Assembly (NCBI GenBank): GCA_965199495.1
Contig: CBDASK010000003.1
Location: 3,552,001-3,616,000 of the forward strand
Length of the DNA: 64,000 nucleotides
Source of the DNA: Abditibacterium sp.
Lineage (GTDB): Bacteria > Armatimonadota > Abditibacteriia > Abditibacteriales > Abditibacteriaceae
Direction of reading: 5' to 3'
In this document: positions 30,601 through 39,111 of the stretch, piece after piece
How positions within the stretch are numbered: position 1 is the first letter of the stretch
How the letters are laid out: each line of letters starts with the position of its first letter
Position numbers and translations under genes: made by a program
The notes under the pieces: model-generated
The model's database searches: none
What the model saw: only the letters and a program-made list of their open reading frames with translations
What the model was told of the DNA's origin: nothing

Positions 30601-32528
30601 TTTGTGATTTCTATTTCGATGGCGTTTATTGGGAAATGGACGGCATGGATCGTGTTGCGCAATACTTTGAAAGTAAATACGGTGAACTGCCATTTGTAGT
30701 TGTTACGCCCGAAGATTATAAGTTTGTGGTCGAGCATCATTTGCAATTGGCGCACGCCCAAAACGGCGATCCAATTGTCTCGATTGAACCTTGGGGATCG
30801 GCGATGACTTACGATGTCGAAATGGCACCCGATGGGCCGCTGAACTTTATCGCTAACGGCATTGTATCGCATAACTCCCACGCGGCTTACTATGGTTTAG
30901 TTTCGTATTGGACGGGTTACTTAAAAACCAATTATACATCCGAATTTCTCGCGTCAACGATGACTTCGCGCTTGGATGCGAAGCCGAAATTGTTGGCGGT
31001 TATCGAGGACGCACGCAAACATGACATCGAAGTTTTGCCGCCCGATGTCAACGAATCGCGACAGGATTTTACCGTCGTCGGCAGAGAGAAAAATTCGCCG
31101 ATTCGGTTCGGGTTGCTGGCGATTAAAGGTATCGGCGAAGGGCCGGTGAACGCGATTTTAGACGCGCGCGCCGAGGGCGGCAAGTTCATTTCGCTGCACG
31201 ACTTCTGTGAGCGCGTGCCGATTCGTGGCTGCAATAAATCGTGCATTGAAACCTTAATTCGCTGCGGCGCGTTCGACGAAATTCATCCGAATCGTTGCGC
31301 TTTATTAGAAGGTTTGGAAGGCGCGATTGCGGCGGGCGCGCGCGCTCAGATGGATGCGCTGACGGGTCAGCAATCCATGTTCGGCGAATCGGAGCCAACC
31401 GAAAGCGGGCGACCCAAAACAATGGGCGAATTGCCCGACTGCGATGACGTTTCGCGCGAACAACGTTTGGCGTGGGAAAAAGAATATATTGGACTCTATG
31501 TTTCCGATCATCCGCTCAATACTTTGAGGGAATACTTGGAAGCCAATACGATTCCGATTTCGCTGCTAACCGAGCCGGGCGGCGGTTTGCAGGACAACTC
31601 GATTGGCACGCTGGGCGGATTGGTGACGGCGATTCAACGGCGACTGGACAAAAACGGGCGTCCGTGGGCGATTATCACGCTCGAAGATTTGAGCGGCTCG
31701 ACCGAAATTCTGTGCTTTGCCAAAGTGTGGGGCAAAGTCAGCGAGAGCGTTCAGGAAGACGGCAAATTTCTGATTACCGGACGCCTGACCGTGGATTCGC
31801 GCGGCGGCGGACGACCAAACGGCGGCGACGAAGAAGGCGCCGCCGACGAAACGAGGTTTAAAATGATGGCCGATAGCATCGAACCGATTAAAACCGACGA
31901 AGCCGAAGCGCAATCCGCCGACATCGCCGCGCGCAACGAAATGGCGGCGGGCGCCGACAATGGCGACGTGGCTGCTGATGCGGTCGAAGTCGAAAATACC
32001 GCCGTCAACAGTTCGGGCATCAAGCGGCATATTCTGCTCGACCAATTGGAATCCAAAGCGCGCGCGTCGAACGGCGGCAATGGCGCGGGTGGCAACGGTT
32101 CTAACGGAAATGGCGCGGGCAACGGGATGTCAATCAATCGTTCGCACGCGCCGAGCGTCCATTTGCCGCCCGCTTCGGCGCCCGCAGCCACGGCGCCGCA
32201 ATCGGCGCCCGCTTATGGCAACGGGCACGACGATGACGATTACATCCCGCGCGTTCATCACGGTTTCGAGCCGCCCGCCGAAGCCGTTGACGCCGTGCAT
32301 TTGCACGTCGCGTCGGATTTGGCGACGCAGGATATTTTGCATCGCATCTATAATATGTGCCAGCAACATTCGGGCGCGACCGAAGTTTGGTTGCACTTGG
32401 ACAACGGAACCGAGATGGTGCAAATGAAGGTTTCGGCCTCGTTCTGGGTCAACGCCGACGCGCAATTTGTCGAAGATGTCGCCGAATTACTGGGCGCCGA
32501 TAACGTGATGGCGCCGATGTTAGGTTAA
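27636..32528 (+). CDS. dnaE: DNA polymerase III alpha subunit, intein-containing
   Basis: PHP domain HLHVHSEYSLLDG, RGSAAG, PDIDVDF, KMDFLGL, FNK/SH split by an intein, C-terminal OB fold. Confidence 0.97.
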   Translation: MSKCLCGFCHLHVHSEYSLLDGANRIKDMAKRAAAMDMPALAITDHGVMYGAIDHYEACVKEGIKPIIGCEMYVAPRSHKSKDSQLDGQKQTRHLTLWAKNKQGYENLVKLTTRAHLDGFYYKPRVDHELLAKYSEGIICGSACLGGEVPQLIMAKKFDEAVERAEMYQDIFGKGNYFLELMDHDLTGQAEVNDRVIDIHHKTGIPLICTNDAHYLEKKDEEMHKILVAIGTNSQIDSMALHYGPNFYLKDKEEMWSKFKHVPEALENTLRIADMVDLELDLKTTHFPNFDVPDGHDKVSYLKQLCKERFDKRYPVGHAYRAEAIPRMEYELKVIIDKGYPGYFLVVQDFINWSKERGILVGCRGSAAGCLVSYVLGITNLDPLPYGLLFERFLNPERVSMPDIDVDFPDKRREEVMTYVTDKYGKDKVAQIITFGTLAARAAVKDTARATGLDLKLADQVSKLIPAIPSQPITISRAIEEVKELGDLYANDSTVKRLLDRAMAIEGMTRHSSRHACGVVIGNEPLDTLVPLEEKDGLVVTQYHAKAVEKIGLVKMDFLGLTNNSVIDDTLGLIKERYNEDIDLENLDLTDKKVYDMMGRGDGIAVFQMEGAGMRNLLREMKPENLEHIIAQISLYRPGPMEEIPRYINGRHGGKVTYPHPRLEPILKNTYGMLLYQEQVMQAAQELAGFTGGQADELRGAMAKKKADMMAKLKPMFIDGCVKNRIDRASATDIFQRMEDFAKYAFNKCIFGNVYITKSDGSKIRLSRAYKEQPAEIIAMWPDGEIRPHKVARIVRSGKKDLLEIRTKAGRVIQVTPEHRLLTTLGYMEAERMEVGQELITQPIISEKQRAARRENMRLVNAHPDRQKWADEAATRMTAYQAARPMEEKVAHMKRMHDEHPDLTRAGVAAMHERLKWLIANDAEWKRNWLEKSLANVRDCYDSGPGFGRCSIASNGMWCTSNCEREMCEWLIAQGIEFEMHKVLANGRICDFYFDGVYWEMDGMDRVAQYFESKYGELPFVVVTPEDYKFVVEHHLQLAHAQNGDPIVSIEPWGSAMTYDVEMAPDGPLNFIANGIVSHNSHAAYYGLVSYWTGYLKTNYTSEFLASTMTSRLDAKPKLLAVIEDARKHDIEVLPPDVNESRQDFTVVGREKNSPIRFGLLAIKGIGEGPVNAILDARAEGGKFISLHDFCERVPIRGCNKSCIETLIRCGAFDEIHPNRCALLEGLEGAIAAGARAQMDALTGQQSMFGESEPTESGRPKTMGELPDCDDVSREQRLAWEKEYIGLYVSDHPLNTLREYLEANTIPISLLTEPGGGLQDNSIGTLGGLVTAIQRRLDKNGRPWAIITLEDLSGSTEILCFAKVWGKVSESVQEDGKFLITGRLTVDSRGGGRPNGGDEEGAADETRFKMMADSIEPIKTDEAEAQSADIAARNEMAAGADNGDVAADAVEVENTAVNSSGIKRHILLDQLESKARASNGGNGAGGNGSNGNGAGNGMSINRSHAPSVHLPPASAPAATAPQSAPAYGNGHDDDDYIPRVHHGFEPPAEAVDAVHLHVASDLATQDILHRIYNMCQQHSGATEVWLHLDNGTEMVQMKVSASFWVNADAQFVEDVAELLGADNVMAPMLG
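29880..30875 (+). mobile_element. 332-aa intein with an internal Vsr/DUF559-like endonuclease
   Basis: Cys1 after YAFNK, block B TPEH, block F TYDVEM...NFIANG, terminal SHN, +1 Ser restoring FNKSHAA. Confidence 0.93.
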
Positions 32529-32530
32529 AT

Positions 32531-32565
32531 AAAAGGGCTTGGCGAAAATCGCCAAGCCCTTTTTT
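32531..32565 (+). terminator. Intrinsic terminator after dnaE
   Basis: AAAAGGGCTTGGCGA-AAA-TCGCCAAGCCCTTTTTT. Confidence 0.85.
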
Positions 32566-32588
32566 GGCAAGATTCGAGGAATACATAA

Positions 32589-33152
32589 ATGATGCTCGTT
32601 GGGATTCTTGCACTTTTATTTGTCACTTTTCTTTTTGGCAGTCTCGGCATTTGCATCGCGAAAGAGGTGAAAGGCCAACAAAAAGGATGGGCGTTGCTGT
32701 TCGTGTTCGTAGGTTGGGCCGCCATTGTCGCTTATGCAACCAATCTCTCAGGTTTGTGGGGTAAAACATTCGATCCGTCTACTCCTTTTCCCGATTGGCT
32801 TGGAATTTCTTTGAGTGTGTTGATATTGACTTTTCCGTTCGCCTTTCCTTTAATCGTGGGCATCAAAGAAATTTGGCGCGGCGGCGGGAAAAACACTGGT
32901 TTCGCACTGCCGTTTTTCGATGAAAAAACCGGCATTGGTATTTTGTATGTCGTCTCGTTGGGATTGAGCTTTTACTTGACTGATCATTTCGGCATTCATT
33001 ATGGCTGGAGTTTTCCAATTTCGCTACCCGTACTGCTGGTTCTCTTCTTCGTGGCAACTGGTGTTGCGTGGGCGATTTGTTGGCTGACAACGCAAATGGC
33101 GCAACGGTTTTCGCCCGCTTCCAGACGATCACGAAGAATTGAAAACAAATGA
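32589..33152 (+). CDS. Hypothetical multi-pass membrane protein
   Basis: GAGGA SD; about five hydrophobic segments. Confidence 0.65.
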   Translation: MMLVGILALLFVTFLFGSLGICIAKEVKGQQKGWALLFVFVGWAAIVAYATNLSGLWGKTFDPSTPFPDWLGISLSVLILTFPFAFPLIVGIKEIWRGGGKNTGFALPFFDEKTGIGILYVVSLGLSFYLTDHFGIHYGWSFPISLPVLLVLFFVATGVAWAICWLTTQMAQRFSPASRRSRRIENK

Positions 33153-33163
33153 TTCAGCCAAAA

Positions 33164-34177
33164 CTACTCCATATCCGCGCGATATTCACCTTTACGCGCC
33201 GCGCTGTTCAACTTCAGTCGCTTGCCAAACGCCGTTTGCGCCGCCTCCATGTTCGCCGATTTGCCACCCCAAATTTCCATCGCGTCGTTTTGCAACGCGC
33301 GCGCGAACGAGAAACTGACTTGCCACGGTAAACATTCGCCGGTCGAATTCATCGCGTTGAGCCGCGCCGTGGCTGCTTGCGGCGACTGGCCGCCCGATAA
33401 AAACACGATACCCGGCACGGCGGCGGGCACGCTGCGCCGCAAAGTTTGCAGCGTGTGCGTGGCGACTTCGGCAGCATCGGGTTTTTCGTCGCTGCTTAAA
33501 CTCGGCAAAACCATGTTCGGTTTCAGCAACATTGCTTCGAGCAACACGCGCTGCATGGACAATTGCGAAAACGTCGCCCGCAAAGCCCGTTCGGTGACTT
33601 GCTGGCAACGCTCGATTGTGTGGTCGCCTTCCATGATGACTTCCGGCTCGATAATTGGCACGATGTCTTGTTCCTGGCACAGCGCGGCATAACGCGCGAG
33701 AGCTTCGGCATTGGCCGCTAAACACGCGTGCGTCGGGATGCCGTCGCCGATGGTAATTACCGCGCGCCATTTGGCGAAACGCGCGCCGAGTTCGCGATAT
33801 TCGATCAAACGTTCGCGCAAGCCGTCCAAACCGTCGGTGACTTTCTCGCCGGGAAATAGCGCCATATCGTGCGCGCCGCCGTCCACTTTAATACCGGGAA
33901 TAATGCCTTGGCTTTCGAGCAGTTTAGGAAATGACGTGCCGTTGGAATCGGTCGCGCGAATGGTTTCGTCGAACAAAATGATTCCGCTCAGAACATCAGC
34001 CACGCCGGGCGCGGAAAAGAGCATTTCGCGATAATCGCGGCGCGATTCGGGCGTGGATTCGATGTTCAAGGCTTCAAAGCGTTTGCCGATGGTGCCCAGA
34101 CTTTCGTCGGCGGCGAGCAAACCTTTGCCGGGTGCGACCAACGATTGCGCGGTTGATATTAAGGTGTGTTGATTCAT
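33164..34177 (-). CDS. Class I fructose-bisphosphate aldolase
   Basis: GKGLLAADES, GIKVD, FAKWRAV, VPIIEPEV, LLKPNMV, FLSGGQ. Confidence 0.95.
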   Translation of the reverse strand: MNQHTLISTAQSLVAPGKGLLAADESLGTIGKRFEALNIESTPESRRDYREMLFSAPGVADVLSGIILFDETIRATDSNGTSFPKLLESQGIIPGIKVDGGAHDMALFPGEKVTDGLDGLRERLIEYRELGARFAKWRAVITIGDGIPTHACLAANAEALARYAALCQEQDIVPIIEPEVIMEGDHTIERCQQVTERALRATFSQLSMQRVLLEAMLLKPNMVLPSLSSDEKPDAAEVATHTLQTLRRSVPAAVPGIVFLSGGQSPQAATARLNAMNSTGECLPWQVSFSFARALQNDAMEIWGGKSANMEAAQTAFGKRLKLNSAARKGEYRADME

Positions 34178-34187
34178 GATTTTTGGA

Positions 34188-34342
34188 TTAGCCACAGAAG
34201 ACTCAGAGAACGCACAGAAGGGCACAGAGGAGAACGAATAAGCATTGCCGAAGAACGCTGAAAAATCATCACTCTTTTCCATTCTATTTTCTTCGTTTTT
34301 CTTTGTGTCCCTCTGTGCGTTCTCTGATTCTTCTGTGGCTAA
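34188..34342. repeat. Long palindromic element, same family as 6377-6521
   Basis: TTAGCCACAGAAGACTCAGAGAACGCACAGA...TCTGTGCGTTCTCTGATTCTTCTGTGGCTAA. Confidence 0.85.
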
Positions 34343-34349
34343 AAATTGT

Positions 34350-34991
34350 TCAAGTGCCCGGCAGTTCGCGCAAATGCTTGTCCAAATGTTCGCGGTTGGC
34401 CAGCGTTTGCATGAGCGGCCCGTGTTGCCCAAATTCGATGACCGAAACTGAGCCGACCGGACAGCCCATGCGGAAACGATAGCGCCCGACATCAATGCCC
34501 AAAAGCGCGCACAAAACGATGCGAATCGTCGCTTTGTGCGAGACGATGAGAACATTGCCATCGTCGTATTTTTCGCGAATCTCCTCGACGACTTGCAAGC
34601 CACGGCGGGCGATGACAATCGCGGTTTCGCCGCCCGTCGGCGCGTTCCACGCCGGGTCTGCCGTCCATTTGATATGGTCGTCGTGAAACTGCGCGTCCAC
34701 TTGCGCGGCGGTTTTGCCTTCCCACGCGCCATACGCGATTTCCTTCAGATCGTCGCGCTTTTGAACTTCCAAACCTGTTTTTTCGGAGATGGGCGCCGCC
34801 GTTTGCTGCGCGCGTTTTAAGGAACTGGCGTAAATCGCCTGCCATTTTGCGGCGCTGTAAAAATCGGCGAACTGCTGCGCCATCTGCGCGCCTTCGGGCG
34901 TCAAATCGGGGTTGAGACCCGATCCGCAAAACACGTTGTCGCGGCTCGAACTTGTTTGGCCGTGACGCAGAAAATATAGCTTTAAACTCAT
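34350..34991 (-). CDS. Histidine phosphatase (phosphoglycerate mutase-like)
   Basis: LRHGQT, SSLKRAQQTA, VSHKATIR. Confidence 0.9.
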   Translation of the reverse strand: MSLKLYFLRHGQTSSSRDNVFCGSGLNPDLTPEGAQMAQQFADFYSAAKWQAIYASSLKRAQQTAAPISEKTGLEVQKRDDLKEIAYGAWEGKTAAQVDAQFHDDHIKWTADPAWNAPTGGETAIVIARRGLQVVEEIREKYDDGNVLIVSHKATIRIVLCALLGIDVGRYRFRMGCPVGSVSVIEFGQHGPLMQTLANREHLDKHLRELPGT

Positions 34992-35069
34992 TACGCGCGT
35001 TTCCGTGATATTTGCGTGCCGAAAACTTGAGGTTGCGCGCGCGCCGAATCGTTCATACTTGACGCGATA

Positions 35070-35855
35070 ATGTTGCTCAATATCCGCTCGCGCGCTTCCT
35101 ATCAATTGCCCAACGAAACCTTCGTTTTGTTGATGGTCGAACCCGCCATTGACGGCGCTCGGCATCACGTCCAAAACGCTTCGCTTTCGACATCGAACAC
35201 GCTGCAAACGCAATTGTGGCAAGACATTTACGGCAATCCCGTGCGCCGCATGACGGCGCCGCAAGGCGAGTTTTCGTTTGAATATCAGGCGCAAATCGAG
35301 GCGCAGACTAACACGGTATTGCCGCCCGATGCGCCCGAACTCGACCCGCGTAACATTCCCGCCGAATGCTTGATTTACACCGTGCCGTCGCGTTATTGCC
35401 AGAGCGACAAGTTACAGCGCTTGGCGCTCTCGGAGTTTGGCGCGATGACGCCCGGTGGCTCGCGCGTGGGCACGATTGCCAAATGGATTCGCGAGCGCGT
35501 CGAATACAAATATGGCACGACCGACGCGATGACCGATGCCTTCGACACAGCCACGAGCAGAGTTGGCGTGTGCCGCGATTTCGCGCATTTGATGATTTCG
35601 TTTTGCCGCGCGCTGGGCGTTCCGGCGCGCTACGTTTCGGGCTATTGTCTGGATTTGGAGCCGCCCGATTTTCATGCGTGGGTGCAGGTTTATGTTGGCG
35701 ACGCGTGGTATAACATGGACGCAACGTTCGATGGCGTGCGCGAGGCTCTGGTGCCGATTGCCTTTGGCCGCGACGCCGCCGACGTGCCGATGACAACGCT
35801 ATTTGGCAACAGCACTTTGAACAGTCAAACTGTCGAAGTCTCGCGCGTCCAGTGA
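35070..35855 (+). CDS. Transglutaminase-like protein
   Basis: SRYCQSD, GVCRDFAH, DFHAW, DAT, GRDAADV. Confidence 0.9.
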   Translation: MLLNIRSRASYQLPNETFVLLMVEPAIDGARHHVQNASLSTSNTLQTQLWQDIYGNPVRRMTAPQGEFSFEYQAQIEAQTNTVLPPDAPELDPRNIPAECLIYTVPSRYCQSDKLQRLALSEFGAMTPGGSRVGTIAKWIRERVEYKYGTTDAMTDAFDTATSRVGVCRDFAHLMISFCRALGVPARYVSGYCLDLEPPDFHAWVQVYVGDAWYNMDATFDGVREALVPIAFGRDAADVPMTTLFGNSTLNSQTVEVSRVQ

Positions 35856-35876
35856 ATTGCGCGAGCGCAAACGATT

Positions 35877-36875
35877 ATGGAAAAAATCAAAATGGCCATT
35901 CTTGGCTGTGGCGGCATGAGCGGGCAGCACGCCAAACGCTACAAAAATCATCCCGATGTCGAAATCGTCGCGCTCTGCGATGTCAACGAAGAAATCGTCG
36001 AAAAATACATCGAGCGCAACCTGTCGGACGTGGACAGTAAACCCGCGATTTTCACCGACGCGGCGCAAATGTATGCCGAAGGCAAACCCGACGCCGTCAC
36101 TATTGTGACGCCGCACACGATGCACTTCGAGCATGGAATGCAGGCGCTTGAAGCCGGTTTGCACGTCTTCATGGAAAAGCCGATGGTGACCGAATCGGGG
36201 CAGGCGCACGATCTGAAAAAGGCCGTCGAAAATTCGGGCAAGGTCTTGGTCGTCGGCTATAATTCGTCTTCGACGCCCGCCGTCCAATGGGTGCGCGAGG
36301 CGATTCGTAGCGGCAAATTCGGCAAGCTCGAAACCGTGACTGGTTGGCTGGCGCAAAGCTGGGCCAAGGGCACCAAAGGTTCGTGGCGCCAAAACCCCGC
36401 GCTGAGCGGCGGCGGCCAGATGTATGATAGCGGTGCTCACATTTTCAATTCGTTGGTGTGGACGATTGAGTCGCCCGTCGCCAGCGTGTTCGCCTTTACC
36501 GACAATTTGGATACGCCGGTTGACATCAACAGCGTCGTGGCGATTAAATTCCAAAATGGCGTTTTGGCGACGATGACGATCAACGGCAACAGCAGATCGG
36601 GCGGCGCGGGCATGGTCTACAACTTCGAGGACGCGCGCGTCGAGTTCGACGGCTGGAACGGTCAATGGGTCAAGGCTTTTGGCCCCGGCGGCGCGGAAAT
36701 CGAAATCGAGCTTCAAGGCGAAGCGCAAAATCCCGACGACAACTTTATTGACGCGATTCTGGGCCGCGCCCAACCGGCGACTTCGGCAACGAATGGCGTC
36801 AACCAATCGGAACTGATGGACGCCATTTACAAAAGCGCCGAAACCGGCCAAGCCGCGCAACCCGTCGCGCGCTAA
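35877..36875 (+). CDS. Gfo/Idh/MocA oxidoreductase
   Basis: GCGGMS, EKP, GGGQMYDSGAH. Confidence 0.9.
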   Translation: MEKIKMAILGCGGMSGQHAKRYKNHPDVEIVALCDVNEEIVEKYIERNLSDVDSKPAIFTDAAQMYAEGKPDAVTIVTPHTMHFEHGMQALEAGLHVFMEKPMVTESGQAHDLKKAVENSGKVLVVGYNSSSTPAVQWVREAIRSGKFGKLETVTGWLAQSWAKGTKGSWRQNPALSGGGQMYDSGAHIFNSLVWTIESPVASVFAFTDNLDTPVDINSVVAIKFQNGVLATMTINGNSRSGGAGMVYNFEDARVEFDGWNGQWVKAFGPGGAEIEIELQGEAQNPDDNFIDAILGRAQPATSATNGVNQSELMDAIYKSAETGQAAQPVAR

Positions 36876-36920
36876 ATATCGAGCTGCTATCAATCAACGT
36901 TAGGGTTTGAACTAAACGAC

Positions 36921-37123
36921 TTAACCACAAAAACGCAAAAATCACAAAGGGCACAAAAAAACTCAAAAGGTTTGGAAGAACAATCTTTCAATGAAGAAAG
37001 TTCGACCAGCTATTTTTGAGTTTTTGAGTTTTTGAGTTTTTGAGTTTTTGAGTTTTTGAGTTTTTGAGTTTTTGAGTTTTTGAGTTTTTGAGTTTTTTGT
37101 GATTTTTGCGTTTTTGTGGTTAA
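36921..37123. repeat. Palindromic element (11113 family, opposite orientation) with internal (TTTTTGAG)10 microsatellite
   Basis: Arms TTAACCACAAAAACGCAAAAATCACAAA; ten 8-mer units at 37013-37092. Confidence 0.9.
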
Positions 37124-37139
37124 AAACAATTAAGCCGAG

Positions 37140-38939
37140 CTACTCCGTTTGATACCGATAATTAAAGCGACGGGCGGGCGCGCAATCGCCGCTCAGGAAC
37201 CAATCGTTGATGTCGTCGGGGTCGGCGTTGTCCACCCATTTGAAATCAAATGCCAACGGCGTGGCTGCATCGCGCGCGAACAAACTGCGCGGCAACGAGA
37301 GTTCGAGTTCGTTGCCCGCGTAAGCCAACTGCGCGCTCGCCACTTTTTTCCACGCTCCGTTGATCCAACGCTCGACCGATGGCGAACTAAGCGGCTCGTT
37401 CGTTGCGCCCACGCGCAAATCGTAGCCGTGCCAGCCGGTTTTCGCGTTTTGGTCGGCGTCAATAAACAGCATCATCCAACGCGCGTCGGTGCGCGGCGAA
37501 AGCGGCGCGTTGGTGCGGGCGTAAAACGTGACATTATCCGCGTCGCGCGCGACTTTGGCGGCGATAATATCGTTGCGCCCCGTCGTGTTGGTATAGTGAT
37601 ACTCGCCCCAGCCCTCGAAATCGCGGTGCATCGTGTCGCCAATCGAATCGCGAAATTCCGGCCACACATCGCGCCACGGCGCAAAATCGCCGTTAATCGG
37701 AATCGTTTGTTCCTTACCAGCCACGGGCACGGGGCGCGCGCCTTTGAACTTGCGGATGTTGGCGACCATTTGATAATAATAATCGTCGGTGTAGCCGCCT
37801 TTCATCGGGTCAACGTCGCGCGAGAATTCGGCGTTATATAAATCCACGAAGAACGGATCGCCGACTTTCTGCATCGGATGCCCGGCCATATTCACGACGC
37901 CTTTTTGCCCTTCGATTTGGCCCTCACTCGCGCCCTGACGCTGCGCGACCCATTCGTTCCAACCGGTGATAAAAACCATCGGCGGATCAATTTTCAGGGC
38001 TTGATCCCACTGCTCCTGAAACTGGATGCCCTGATCGTAGGTCGTCGTCATGTCAGTTTTATCGAGCTTGACGCGCGTTTTATTGGCATACGAACGCCCG
38101 ATATTTTCGCCGATGGGATGAGAGGCCACGCCGACCGCGACTTCCTCGACTTTGCCGTTGGGACTCAATCCCGGCTTTTGCGGCGTGCGGTCGCGCCACG
38201 GCCATTTGCCTTTGCCGTCGCCAAACCAGCCTTTGGGATCGGTCTCGAACCACGATTTGCGCCACGTAAAGAAGTTTTGAATTTCGGTGGGAATCGCTGC
38301 GCCGTCTTTGGTTTTCTCGTTTGGGTCGGCCAAAATCAGAGGCTTGCCGTTCCAGCGAAACCAGAGTTCCTGATACTTGCCGTCTTTATAATAGGCGTCC
38401 CACAGTTTTTGAACCGTCCCCACCATATTCGAGTTGAGCAAAAACGCGATTTGCGGCGTCGAGTTGCCCTGCGCCCGCATCTGGCGCGCGGTCTCGAACA
38501 ACACTTTCATTTCGTCGGGATAAGTAAAAGCGTTGGTCACGTCCACGAACAGACAATCCACGCCCGCAGCGCCCAGCAAGCGCAAATTGCGCCGCGCGAC
38601 CCACGGATCGGTCGCCTGATAATAACCAATTTCGGGTTCGCCCCACCAGTGAAACGCGCCCTGCGGCCCCCACTGCGGATCGTCGGGATTGGCGGCCTTA
38701 ATTTTCGTCATGTCGTAGACATCTTTGTGGCCGTGATAGCCCTGCCAGACGAAATAAAAAATGCCGACGAACTTATCGTCCTGCGGTGGCCGCACTTCGC
38801 CACCCATCGGCAGAGTGCGCCCCAAGGCATCGGTCGCCGCCCAGGTGTCGGCGTAAAGGTCGCGGTGTTCGTCGGCTTTGGCGTTGGACATGAAAAGTAG
38901 GGCGCCTCCCAACGCCGCAAGAAGTAGCGGAGTTTTCAT
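37140..38939 (-). CDS. Secreted putative glycoside hydrolase (GH99/GH71-like barrel)
   Basis: Signal peptide; HWWGEPEIGYY, AGVD, ITGWNEW motifs; family assignment tentative. Confidence 0.55.
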   Translation of the reverse strand: MKTPLLLAALGGALLFMSNAKADEHRDLYADTWAATDALGRTLPMGGEVRPPQDDKFVGIFYFVWQGYHGHKDVYDMTKIKAANPDDPQWGPQGAFHWWGEPEIGYYQATDPWVARRNLRLLGAAGVDCLFVDVTNAFTYPDEMKVLFETARQMRAQGNSTPQIAFLLNSNMVGTVQKLWDAYYKDGKYQELWFRWNGKPLILADPNEKTKDGAAIPTEIQNFFTWRKSWFETDPKGWFGDGKGKWPWRDRTPQKPGLSPNGKVEEVAVGVASHPIGENIGRSYANKTRVKLDKTDMTTTYDQGIQFQEQWDQALKIDPPMVFITGWNEWVAQRQGASEGQIEGQKGVVNMAGHPMQKVGDPFFVDLYNAEFSRDVDPMKGGYTDDYYYQMVANIRKFKGARPVPVAGKEQTIPINGDFAPWRDVWPEFRDSIGDTMHRDFEGWGEYHYTNTTGRNDIIAAKVARDADNVTFYARTNAPLSPRTDARWMMLFIDADQNAKTGWHGYDLRVGATNEPLSSPSVERWINGAWKKVASAQLAYAGNELELSLPRSLFARDAATPLAFDFKWVDNADPDDINDWFLSGDCAPARRFNYRYQTE

Positions 38940-39111
38940 GAGTTGATAGCTTTATAGCAGTTTGTTGGTTCAGAGTCTATCAAGCCGGAAAGGTCGCGCT
39001 TTCCATGATCAATCCGTCGCGGGAAAGCGGGCATGGCGAAATTTACCACACATTTCAACGGAACATCGTGTTCCAATTAGGATCATCTTTATTTTTTGAA
39101 AGAGCGTTTTT

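Noticed and set aside
31780..32260. Second intein in the dnaE C-terminal insertion
   Set aside because: G/N/A/P-rich low-complexity linker without splicing motifs.
33164..34732. 522-aa ORF as an aldolase fusion
   Set aside because: The N-terminal extension runs through a palindrome and overlaps the phosphatase gene in another frame; the aldolase starts at 34177.
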